DNA of 32,414 bases from an uncultured Actinomycetota bacterium (GTDB taxonomy: Bacteria; Actinomycetota; Humimicrobiia; Humimicrobiales; Humimicrobiaceae): contig CAZFFH010000006.1 in NCBI GenBank assembly GCA_964518375.1, forward strand, positions 1-32,414. The letters are read 5' to 3'. The notes under the pieces are model-generated. The model searched no databases and was not told where the DNA came from. It worked only from the letters and a program-made list of their open reading frames with translations. Shown here one piece after another: positions 9,243 to 17,334 of the stretch (position 1 is its first letter; every line of letters starts with the position of its first letter). The position numbers and the translations under genes are program-made.

Positions 9243-10222
9243 TGATATAATAACCTCTTTCTTCTGTTAAATTCATCATAAAGCACTGCCAGTATTAAAA
9301 TTATTCCCTTGATGAGCTGCTGATATTCATAAGGAATGGATAGAATAGCCATGCTATTATTGACAATTCCAAAGATTGCAAGTCCTATTGCCGTCTTGTA
9401 AATGCCTCCCATGCCTCCTGTAAGGGCAGTTCCACCAAGAACAACTATTGTAATTACATCAAAAAGGTAGGGTGCAGTCTGTCCGACTCTGATTCTTGGA
9501 ATTCGTGAAGTCATAACCACTGCAGCAATTCCGCAGATAAGACCATTTAATACGTAAGTGCCCATTATTATATTGGATGTATTTATTCCGGAAACCAGAG
9601 CAGCTTTATCATTTAAGCCAGCTGCATAAAGCCTCCTGCCGGCAATGGTTTTCTGAAGTAAAATACCTGTAATAATCATTATAATTATTAAAAATATTAT
9701 TATGACCGGAAAACCAAAAACGCTGGAAGAACCGATATAAGAAAAAACCAGCAGGGGTCTAGCTGTTAAATTTCTGCCTTCGGAAATAATTAACGATGTT
9801 GCCGTAAACAGGATCCCGGTAGCCAGCGTTACAATAATGAAGTTTGCTTTGACTTTTCCGATAAAGTAACCGTTTATAAAACCGCAGACAACGCCAACCG
9901 CTATTGCCACTGCTACACTTACAGCATAACCGTACTGCTGAATCATTACAAATGAAACAGCTGAAAGACCGAGTATTGCTGCAGCGGACAGGTCTATTCC
10001 CTTGCCAATTATTACTAAGGTCATGCCGCAGGCCATTACTCCCAGTATGGCAACATGCCTGAAAAGGTTATAAATATTGTTCAGTGTAAAAAAATTATCA
10101 GAAACAAAAATCATAATTACAAACAGTATTATCAGTATAAAGAGCATGGCCTGACTATAAAAAAACTTTATGAACCCTCTTTTAACACTTGTGCTTTTTA
10201 TTGTTGTATCAGCATCACTCAT
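9239..10222 (-). CDS. Sugar ABC transporter permease (second RbsC-like subunit)
   Basis: 327-aa polytopic ORF, a paralogue of 8271-9242. It overlaps the ATPase gene by 4 nt. Confidence 0.85.
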   Translation of the reverse strand: MSDADTTIKSTSVKRGFIKFFYSQAMLFILIILFVIMIFVSDNFFTLNNIYNLFRHVAILGVMACGMTLVIIGKGIDLSAAAILGLSAVSFVMIQQYGYAVSVAVAIAVGVVCGFINGYFIGKVKANFIIVTLATGILFTATSLIISEGRNLTARPLLVFSYIGSSSVFGFPVIIIFLIIIMIITGILLQKTIAGRRLYAAGLNDKAALVSGINTSNIIMGTYVLNGLICGIAAVVMTSRIPRIRVGQTAPYLFDVITIVVLGGTALTGGMGGIYKTAIGLAIFGIVNNSMAILSIPYEYQQLIKGIILILAVLYDEFNRRKRLLYQ

Positions 10223-11739
10223 AAATTTTTTACCTCGCTTTGAATATTTCCAACTGCCACCTGCATAAGATCTTCTTCGTTTAGCTCTTCTTTTCTAAAT
10301 TCTTTAATTAATTTACCTTCCCTTATTACAAGTACTCTGTGACACATCCCGATGATTTCAGGTAGCTCAGAGGAAACCATAATTACTCCTATCCCGCTAT
10401 TTGCCAGTTCCTTTACAAGGGTATGGATTTCCTTTTTTGCACCCACATCGATACCTTTTGTGGGTTCATCCAATATTAATATTTTTGGACTGGTTGAAAG
10501 GCACTTAGCAAGAGCAACTTTTTGCTGATTGCCGCCGCTTAAGTTCATTACTAACTGCTCCATTGAGGGAGTTTTAATTGAAAACTCATCAATGTATTTT
10601 TTAGCAAGCCTAGCCTCTTTTTTTGTACTTATTAGCCCAATTTTAGATATCACTTCTTTTAATAACAAGATCGTAACGTTTTCTCTTACTGTAAATCCCT
10701 GAATAATGCTTTCTGTTCTTCTATCCTCAGATACAAAAGCAATCCCTTTATTTATTCCATCCGTAGAATTTTTTATATTGACTCTCTGGCCTTCCACCAA
10801 GATTTCTCCACTATCCAGCTTGTCTAAACCAAATATTGATCTGACTATTTCACTTCTTCCAGCACCAACCAGTCCGGATAGGCCTAAAATTTCACCCCTC
10901 TTTAAATTGAAGCTTATATTTTTGAAAAAACCTCTTCTGGCAATGTTTTTAGCTTCTAGTATTAGTTCTCCTGAAACCTCGTATGTTTTTTCACCGAAAA
11001 TATCTCCTATATCTCTACCTACCATATATTTCACTATATCCATTTCGCTTGTCTCGCTGACTTTTATTGTTGTCACTGTTTTACCGTCACGCAGGATTGT
11101 AACCATTTCTGCAATCCGGAAGATTTCCTTAAGCCTGTGAGAGATATATATAACCGAGGTTCCTTTTTTAACGATTCCTCTGATAATATTGAACAAGTTT
11201 TCCGTATCATCTTCGGCTATTGCAGAGGTAGGTTCGTCCATTATTATTATTTTTGCTTCCCTGGAAAAAGCTTTCGCTATTTCTATGAGTTGTTGCTGAG
11301 CAGTTGAAAGATCGATAACAATAGATCTGGGGTTTAAATTAATAGATAAGTCGTCAAGGATTTTTTGTGAATCATCAAACATTTGTTTCCAGCGAAGCTT
11401 ACCGCCTTTAATAGGCTGTCGTCCTAAAAATATATTTTCGGCAACAGATATTTCCGGTACCAGCGATGTCTCCTGATATATAGTGTTGATACCCAACTGC
11501 ATCGCATGGAAAGGATTTCGTATATTGATTTTTTTGCCTTCGATTTTTATTTCTCCGTGATCATTTGTATAAGAGCCGGATAATATCTTTATTAAGGTGG
11601 ATTTCCCTGCCCCATTCTCACCGACTATTGCAAAAACCTGGCCTTTTTCTAATTTGAAAGAAACCCCATCAAGGGCTTGGACGCCGGGAAAATATTTTGA
11701 TATATCAATCATTTCAAGCAGATATTCATTTGAACTCAA
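10219..11739 (-). CDS. Sugar ABC transporter ATP-binding protein with duplicated ATPase domains (RbsA/MglA type)
   Basis: Walker A motifs GENGAGKST and GLVGAGRSE, signature LSGGNQQK, and Walker B ILILDEP. It starts at a TTG preceded by AGGAG with 6-nt spacing. Confidence 0.9.
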   Translation of the reverse strand: MSSNEYLLEMIDISKYFPGVQALDGVSFKLEKGQVFAIVGENGAGKSTLIKILSGSYTNDHGEIKIEGKKINIRNPFHAMQLGINTIYQETSLVPEISVAENIFLGRQPIKGGKLRWKQMFDDSQKILDDLSINLNPRSIVIDLSTAQQQLIEIAKAFSREAKIIIMDEPTSAIAEDDTENLFNIIRGIVKKGTSVIYISHRLKEIFRIAEMVTILRDGKTVTTIKVSETSEMDIVKYMVGRDIGDIFGEKTYEVSGELILEAKNIARRGFFKNISFNLKRGEILGLSGLVGAGRSEIVRSIFGLDKLDSGEILVEGQRVNIKNSTDGINKGIAFVSEDRRTESIIQGFTVRENVTILLLKEVISKIGLISTKKEARLAKKYIDEFSIKTPSMEQLVMNLSGGNQQKVALAKCLSTSPKILILDEPTKGIDVGAKKEIHTLVKELANSGIGVIMVSSELPEIIGMCHRVLVIREGKLIKEFRKEELNEEDLMQVAVGNIQSEVKNL

Positions 11740-11850
11740 ATAAAACTCCTATTTTTATTTAAATGATTTTAACTTTTAGAATATATTTTTTACAAATAAA
11801 AATATATTTATTAAATATTAATGACAATAAATTAGTGGCTTTTTGTTTTA

Positions 11851-11864
11851 TGTAACCTGTTGCA
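11851..11864. promoter_or_regulatory. Candidate repressor operator, TGTAAC-CT-GTTGCA (imperfect palindrome)
   Basis: The half-sites are TGTAAC and TGCAAC. It begins 1 nt downstream of the -10 box of the ABC promoter and so covers the predicted +1. Confidence 0.45.
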
Positions 11865-11865
11865 T

Positions 11866-11893
11866 ATTATAACTTTTATTATTACAATGTCAA
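11866..11893 (-). promoter_or_regulatory. Consensus sigma-70 promoter TTGACA-N16-TATAAT for the ABC transporter operon
   Basis: The minus strand reads TTGACAttgtaataataaaagtTATAAT, with the -35 at 11888-11893 and the -10 at 11866-11871. It lies about 125 nt upstream of the TTG start at 11739. Confidence 0.65.
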
Positions 11894-11977
11894 CTTAAAA
11901 AAATTACTTAAAATTCGTTTTTTCCCCTTATCCAAAAACGGTACAAGTATAGTGACTTATATCCTGGTGAGGAATAC

Positions 11978-12940
11978 TTAATATCTTATTTCATCAGGTT
12001 TTTCAAAAAACGCAACTTTTCTTATGAACTCTATTGCTTTTTTAAAACCTTCATTTTTTCCGATCAAGGCATCCTGATGTTCAACACTCAATGAACCGTC
12101 ATACCCGCATAACCTGAGAACTGAAACCAGTTTTCTCCAGAATTCTTCACTATGACCATAACCTACAAGCCTCAAGTTCCATGCTCTTGAAGCCAGCTTG
12201 CCATAATCCTTGGAATCAAGAACCCCATCTACGCTGACTACTTTCATATTCAGTTCCGCATCTTGGGCGTGAACATTAAAAATAAGACCATTAAGAATTT
12301 TTACACATTCTATTGGGTCCATGCCCTGCCAGAATAGGTGTGCAGGATCAAAGCAGCAACCCAACCCGTCATAATCCACTTCTTCTCTTAATTTAACCAG
12401 TGTGCTTGTGTTAAAAACTGCATCACCAGGATGCATTTCAAAAGCATACTTTATTTTGTATTTTTTTAATTTTTCTGCCATTTCTCTCCAAAATGGAATA
12501 ATCCTTTCACTCCACTGCCATTTAAGGTAGCCCCTGAATTCAGGCGGGTAAGGCAGCCCGATCCAGCAAGGATATTTTGCGTCTTCAGCGGCCCCGGGGC
12601 AACCTGCAAAACCGTTTAAGACTTTTACCCCAGTTGCTGCAGCAAGCTCTACTACATTTTCCAGGTCTTTTCTGTGAGTATCTGAAATTTTTTTGTTGGG
12701 ATGAAGATAATTGCCCATACAGGAAAATGAACTTATCTGTAAATTGTGCTTTTCCAAAACAGATATAAAATCTCTTAACGCAAACTTATCTTTTAAAAGT
12801 TTTTCCGGGTTACACACATATGTTCCATGCAGTGCACCTGCACCAATTTCCAGGCACTCAAAACCGGCTTCACTTGCACTCCTGCAGATATCAGGCCAGC
12901 TTTCATTAAAAAAACAGTTAGTAAACAAACCTATTTTCAT
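11978..12940 (-). CDS. Sugar (phosphate) isomerase/epimerase, xylose-isomerase-like TIM barrel family
   Basis: 320-aa ORF (GFECLEIG, FEMHPG, CFDPAHL, SVEHQD pattern). It is a distant paralogue of 803-1753. Confidence 0.75.
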   Translation of the reverse strand: MKIGLFTNCFFNESWPDICRSASEAGFECLEIGAGALHGTYVCNPEKLLKDKFALRDFISVLEKHNLQISSFSCMGNYLHPNKKISDTHRKDLENVVELAAATGVKVLNGFAGCPGAAEDAKYPCWIGLPYPPEFRGYLKWQWSERIIPFWREMAEKLKKYKIKYAFEMHPGDAVFNTSTLVKLREEVDYDGLGCCFDPAHLFWQGMDPIECVKILNGLIFNVHAQDAELNMKVVSVDGVLDSKDYGKLASRAWNLRLVGYGHSEEFWRKLVSVLRLCGYDGSLSVEHQDALIGKNEGFKKAIEFIRKVAFFEKPDEIRY

Positions 12941-12993
12941 TTTTTACCTCTGCGCTCCCACGATCTATTTCTTAAATACCAAAAAGAAAACTT

Positions 12994-14175
12994 TTAAGGT
13001 TTTATAATGATTTTTGCTGCTTCTCTCTTCTTTGCAAGCTCCATTGCTTCAAGTCCGTCAATCAGTTTAAACCTGGAGGTTATTATTTTTTCGGGATGCA
13101 GCATACCTGCCGAAATCAACCTTATCACATTTTCAAAAGATCCATTTCCTGAATGTCCCATGGAACAGTGTATCTGGGCTGCCCTTGGAAACATTTTCTT
13201 AAAGTCTGTTGGTACAGGCTTTGGTGGCCAGGCCACAAGAATAATTTTACCATTGACATTTAGAGAATTGAGCATTGCAGGCATTGTCATCTCAGTAGCA
13301 CCTGAACTTTCCATAAAGAAGTCTGCTCCCTGCCCATTAGTCTCATCAAGTATAATGTCCTCTACTCTTCCTCCGCTTTCAGTTATTGAAATAGGATCAA
13401 ATACCTTGTCAGCTCCCATTTCAAGTGCAAGCTTTCTCCTGCCTTCACCAGGTTCAAAAACCATAACTTTTGAAGCACCGGCTACTTTTAACTGTGAAAT
13501 ACCAAAAAGACCAATTGGTCCACAACCAAAAACTACCGCTCTCTGGCCGGGCCTGATTCCCTGTCCTCTTTCAAAAATTGCATTATATGCCACTGAATTC
13601 GGTTCTATCGTTGCACCAACGTCAAATATTAATTCTTCTTCCTTATAAATATTTTTAAATCCATTAATATTCCAGCATAGCTTTGCCGGTACTCTAAGAT
13701 ATTCTGCAAAACCACCATCATATGTTACACCTACTTCCTCCAGTCTCTCACACTGATTTGGAAACCCATTTCTGCAAGCAACACACTCACCGCACCATGT
13801 CATTTCCTCTGTAGTCACATAATCTCCAACTATAAAATCAAACACTTCGGGGCCGATTTTATAAACTATTCCTGAGATTTCATGGCCTAATATAATTTTT
13901 TCCATTCTTGCATGACCCGGATAAAGCATGTAACCTTCTTCATCATACTCTACAAAATGTAAATCAGAACCGCATATCCCACAGGATTTGACACTGATAA
14001 GTATATCTTTCGGACCGATTTCAGGAATATCAACTTCTACTAAATTTAATTCCGGGAATCTCCAGACACTGTTTGAATCCCATATTTTTTTTGTCGTAAG
14101 TTCATATTCTGTCATATGATAATCCTTTTTTGGTTCATATTTGCTTGTAAGTTTCAGAGCCTTCATTTTAGCCAT
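12994..14175 (-). CDS. Zinc-dependent medium-chain alcohol/polyol dehydrogenase
   Basis: Catalytic zinc blocks CGICGSDLH and GHEISGIV, structural zinc block CGECVACRNGFPNQC, and Rossmann motif VFGCGPIG. Its start overlaps the transketolase C-subunit stop by 8 nt (ATGGCTAA). Confidence 0.85.
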   Translation of the reverse strand: MAKMKALKLTSKYEPKKDYHMTEYELTTKKIWDSNSVWRFPELNLVEVDIPEIGPKDILISVKSCGICGSDLHFVEYDEEGYMLYPGHARMEKIILGHEISGIVYKIGPEVFDFIVGDYVTTEEMTWCGECVACRNGFPNQCERLEEVGVTYDGGFAEYLRVPAKLCWNINGFKNIYKEEELIFDVGATIEPNSVAYNAIFERGQGIRPGQRAVVFGCGPIGLFGISQLKVAGASKVMVFEPGEGRRKLALEMGADKVFDPISITESGGRVEDIILDETNGQGADFFMESSGATEMTMPAMLNSLNVNGKIILVAWPPKPVPTDFKKMFPRAAQIHCSMGHSGNGSFENVIRLISAGMLHPEKIITSRFKLIDGLEAMELAKKREAAKIIIKP

Positions 14176-15154
14176 AATATTTTAATTCCTTCCTTCTTTG
14201 TCCTATTTTATTTTTAAAATTAATTAACTCCCTGGCTTTAGCTTGTATGTTTTCAATACTTATACCAAAATATTGAAGTTGAAATTCAAGGTCTGCGGTC
14301 AGTCCGAACTGATTATTTATACCTATCCTGAAAACCGGGACAGGAAATTCTTCTGTTACAATTTCTGATATCAAACCACCTAAACCACCACATGTGGAGT
14401 GATTCTCTACTGTCAGTATGGCGCCTGTTTCAATTGCACATCTAATGATTAATTTCCGGTCTGCAGGTTTTATTGTCGGAATATGCAATACCCTGGCATT
14501 TATATTTTCTTTTTCTAATGCTTCCTGTGCCCGAAATGCTATAAAAGTTGTCAGACCATTGCAAATAATTGTCAGGTCAGCCCCGTCACCCCTAACATAG
14601 GCATTATTAATCTTAAAAATATAGGATGAATCAAAAATATTTTCCGGAAGAGATCTGGGCAAGTGTATATATGTGGGACCGGTATCCTTTGAAACTGTTA
14701 CCAGGACTTCTTTCAATTCCCTTATATCTGAAGGTGCGATTACCTTCATTTTTGGTAAAATCCTCATTATTGCAAAATCCATTAATGAAATATGAGTCCC
14801 GCCATTTTTTCCCTGTGATAAACCGGAATAGCATCCGACAAGTTTTACATTAAGAGCATTATATGCTGCCCCCAGAAAGACCTGATCACATGCCCTCTGT
14901 GAAAGGAAATTTGACATTGTACAAGCAAAAGGTATCCTGCCCATTACTGCCAACCCTGCTGCAATACTGACAAGATTCTGCTCCGCGACTCCGACATTTA
15001 TATGTCTGTCAGGAAACTTTAACATGAACTGTTTTGAACCGGATGCCTTCATAAGATCAGCTTCCACAACAAATATATCCGGATTAGAGGTACCAAGTTC
15101 AAGAAGGGTTTCCCCATACGCTTCTTTTGTTTGTATTAGATTAAAACCGCTCAT
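14168..15154 (-). CDS. Transketolase C-terminal subunit (pyrimidine-binding plus C-terminal domains)
   Basis: 328-aa ORF with GVAEQNLVSIAAGLA and the layout typical of split transketolases. It lies immediately downstream of the N-subunit gene. Confidence 0.85.
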   Translation of the reverse strand: MSGFNLIQTKEAYGETLLELGTSNPDIFVVEADLMKASGSKQFMLKFPDRHINVGVAEQNLVSIAAGLAVMGRIPFACTMSNFLSQRACDQVFLGAAYNALNVKLVGCYSGLSQGKNGGTHISLMDFAIMRILPKMKVIAPSDIRELKEVLVTVSKDTGPTYIHLPRSLPENIFDSSYIFKINNAYVRGDGADLTIICNGLTTFIAFRAQEALEKENINARVLHIPTIKPADRKLIIRCAIETGAILTVENHSTCGGLGGLISEIVTEEFPVPVFRIGINNQFGLTADLEFQLQYFGISIENIQAKARELINFKNKIGQRRKELKYYG

Positions 15155-15211
15155 CTGTTATTAATAAATACTCATGTGCTGTTTCTAGTAATAAACCAAA
15201 CCAGGATTATT

Positions 15212-16048
15212 TCAACAAGTATTAAGCCTTCTCTGAAGTTCCTTTAGCCCAAGCTTATATTGTTCTTCGTCTACCTTACCACTGTGCCACTCCGAACTGT
15301 TTTCCATAAAAGAAACCCCAAATCCTTTTACTGTATTGGCTATTATTATCTTTGGCTGCGAATTTTTTATTTTTGCTGAATCTATTGCTGCAATAATGGA
15401 TCCTATTGAATGTCCGTCTGCCTTAAAAACTTCCCATCCAAATGCTTCCCACTTTTTATCAAGTGGGTCCGTTGGCATTACCTCTTCTACGGGCCCATCG
15501 ATCTGCGAATTATTTCTGTCTACTATTGCAATAATATTATCGAGCTTATATTTTGCTGCAGACATTGCTGCTTCCCAAACCTGACCGCTATCTAATTCAC
15601 CATCGCTCAGCACGACATAGACCATATTTACTTTTTTCTGCTGTTTTAATGAAATAGCAATACCACAAGCCATTGAAAGCCCCTGGCCAAGAGGACCCGT
15701 GGACAGTTCAATTGATTCCAGCATGTTTCTGTCAACATGCTTGGGGAATCTGGACAAAGGTTTATCCAGACCATCATACAGTTCGTTATACGAAAAAAAA
15801 CCTCTTTTAGCCAGAGTCGTGTAAAGGGCAGGACCGCCATGACCTTTTGAAAGCACAAACATATCTCTGGATTCATCCCCCGGTCTTGAAGGGTCAACCT
15901 TCATTTTTAAGAAATAAAGGACTGTAAGTATCTCGACTATTGACAAGCTTCCGCCAAAATGCCCACCACCTGCTTCAGCAATTACTTTGAATGTCTCCAG
16001 CCTTATTTCATCTGCAATTTTTCTTAATCTACCCTCTATGTTTACCAT
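15212..16048 (-). CDS. Transketolase N-terminal subunit (thiamine-diphosphate-binding)
   Basis: 278-aa ORF with GGGHFGGSLS, SKGHGGPALY, TGPLGQGLS and the TPP motif SDGELDSGQVWEA. Confidence 0.85.
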   Translation of the reverse strand: MVNIEGRLRKIADEIRLETFKVIAEAGGGHFGGSLSIVEILTVLYFLKMKVDPSRPGDESRDMFVLSKGHGGPALYTTLAKRGFFSYNELYDGLDKPLSRFPKHVDRNMLESIELSTGPLGQGLSMACGIAISLKQQKKVNMVYVVLSDGELDSGQVWEAAMSAAKYKLDNIIAIVDRNNSQIDGPVEEVMPTDPLDKKWEAFGWEVFKADGHSIGSIIAAIDSAKIKNSQPKIIIANTVKGFGVSFMENSSEWHSGKVDEEQYKLGLKELQRRLNTC

Positions 16049-16058
16049 GACTTCATAT

Positions 16059-16089
16059 TTAACATATTATGTTAAAAATCAACTGTCAA
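16059..16089 (-). promoter_or_regulatory. Candidate promoter TTGACA-N17-TATGTT overlapped by the perfect palindrome TTAACATA-T-TATGTTAA
   Basis: The -35 lies at 16084-16089 and the -10 at 16061-16066. The 8-1-8 palindrome spans 16059-16075. The -10 ends only 12 nt from the ATG at 16048, and no SD is visible. Confidence 0.45.
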
Positions 16090-16141
16090 TACTGTAAAAT
16101 AATCTAAAAATTTTAATATGTACTTATATTTTTACCTGTAA

Positions 16142-17236
16142 TCAGAAACCTATCCTAGGTAACCCGTATACAGACCTCCAGCCATCACTTAACGGCTCCC
16201 TTAAATATGGTTCCATTTCTTTTTCTGTTCTAAGTGTTGTCTTTTCAACAGGAGGTACCTTGCCTGGCGGCAATGCTTCAATAATCTCATCATTCAAAAG
16301 AGTCAGGTATTTTAGTATGGCAGCTATTGGCCTTTTTGCCTTCTCTGCAGAGGCTTTTGTTGCATATCCGACAACACCTTCGGGAGTTGTCATGACTTCA
16401 AGGCCTACATGACCTTCACACTCAGACCATTTTGAAGGTCTGCGATATTCATCAGTTGGAGTATCCATGTGACCACCCGGAATATAAAATTCCGGCTCAG
16501 TATCACAGGCATATTTCATGTCTATCAGTTGTGGAAAAAGAAGTAGACCTATTGATGTTTCAGCCTCATCCGCATGCGTGAAAGGAGTATCAAATTGCCC
16601 TCCTTTTTCCTTAGTTCTGAAAAATTCCCTTACAGATCTATGCCAGTCCAGAACCCTGAAAATTCCAGGTATCTGATATTTTTTAACAAAATCCTGGATA
16701 GTTGATTCAAGCATCCAGAGCTGCCCATGGTTGTTTATTATCACCTGTTTTCTGAAACCATCATTCCATAAGCCCAGCATAACATCATGCAATAAAGCTT
16801 TTGTATTGTCTTCTTGTATTACAACAGTCCCAGGAAGACCTACATGATGGTAAGGGTGAGTACCATATATCAGGGGTGGAAATGCGATATTTATCGGAGT
16901 ACCCCTTTTTGCTGTAAACCTTCTGACACCCTCAAGAATCTGTGTAACAAAAAGTGTGTCCATTGAACTTACAGTATGTTGGCCGTGAAGCTCTGTAGAA
17001 CCGACTGGAATAAAAACAATATCATTTTTCTTTCTTTGTTCAGGAATTTTATATCTTATGGTGGATTGCAGATAAGTTCCTTCCTTAAACCATTCCGGAG
17101 ATGTAGGAATACCATAATCCTGCAATATCTTATCAATATCTTTATCACTTGATTCCCAGATCTCTTTTTTCATTCTGCCAACGGGAGAATCTTCAAAAAA
17201 TAAATCCTCTATATTTGTTTTTAAAAGACCACTCAT
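16142..17236 (-). CDS. Creatininase-family metal-dependent hydrolase, unusually long form
   Basis: 364-aa ORF. It has the creatininase-type metal blocks IPVGSTELHGQH...D, NNHGQ and HADEAETS. A good SD (AAAGGAG) lies upstream. Confidence 0.7.
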   Translation of the reverse strand: MSGLLKTNIEDLFFEDSPVGRMKKEIWESSDKDIDKILQDYGIPTSPEWFKEGTYLQSTIRYKIPEQRKKNDIVFIPVGSTELHGQHTVSSMDTLFVTQILEGVRRFTAKRGTPINIAFPPLIYGTHPYHHVGLPGTVVIQEDNTKALLHDVMLGLWNDGFRKQVIINNHGQLWMLESTIQDFVKKYQIPGIFRVLDWHRSVREFFRTKEKGGQFDTPFTHADEAETSIGLLLFPQLIDMKYACDTEPEFYIPGGHMDTPTDEYRRPSKWSECEGHVGLEVMTTPEGVVGYATKASAEKAKRPIAAILKYLTLLNDEIIEALPPGKVPPVEKTTLRTEKEMEPYLREPLSDGWRSVYGLPRIGF

Positions 17237-17334
17237 TTTAATCTCCTTTCTTTAAATTTTACTGTTCCTGTTTTTAATAATGATGACTTGATTAAATCAA
17301 AACAAATCACCAATAAAAAATATCTACAAGCTCC

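Noticed and set aside
11916-11940. Hairpin CGTTTTT-N11-AAAAACG after the TIM-barrel gene, as a terminator of the transketolase operon
   Set aside because: The stem is 7 bp and almost entirely A-U, with an 11-nt loop. The predicted stability is too low to call an intrinsic terminator, although a T-rich tract follows it.
13007-13648. 213-aa plus-strand ORF, with similar long plus-strand ORFs at 19120-19683, 10706-11140, 8890-9270 and 25855-26280
   Set aside because: All lie antisense to well-supported minus-strand genes. They encode low-complexity Ser/Ile/Pro/Leu-rich sequences, lack SD sequences and carry no recognisable motifs. They are shadow ORFs of the real genes.
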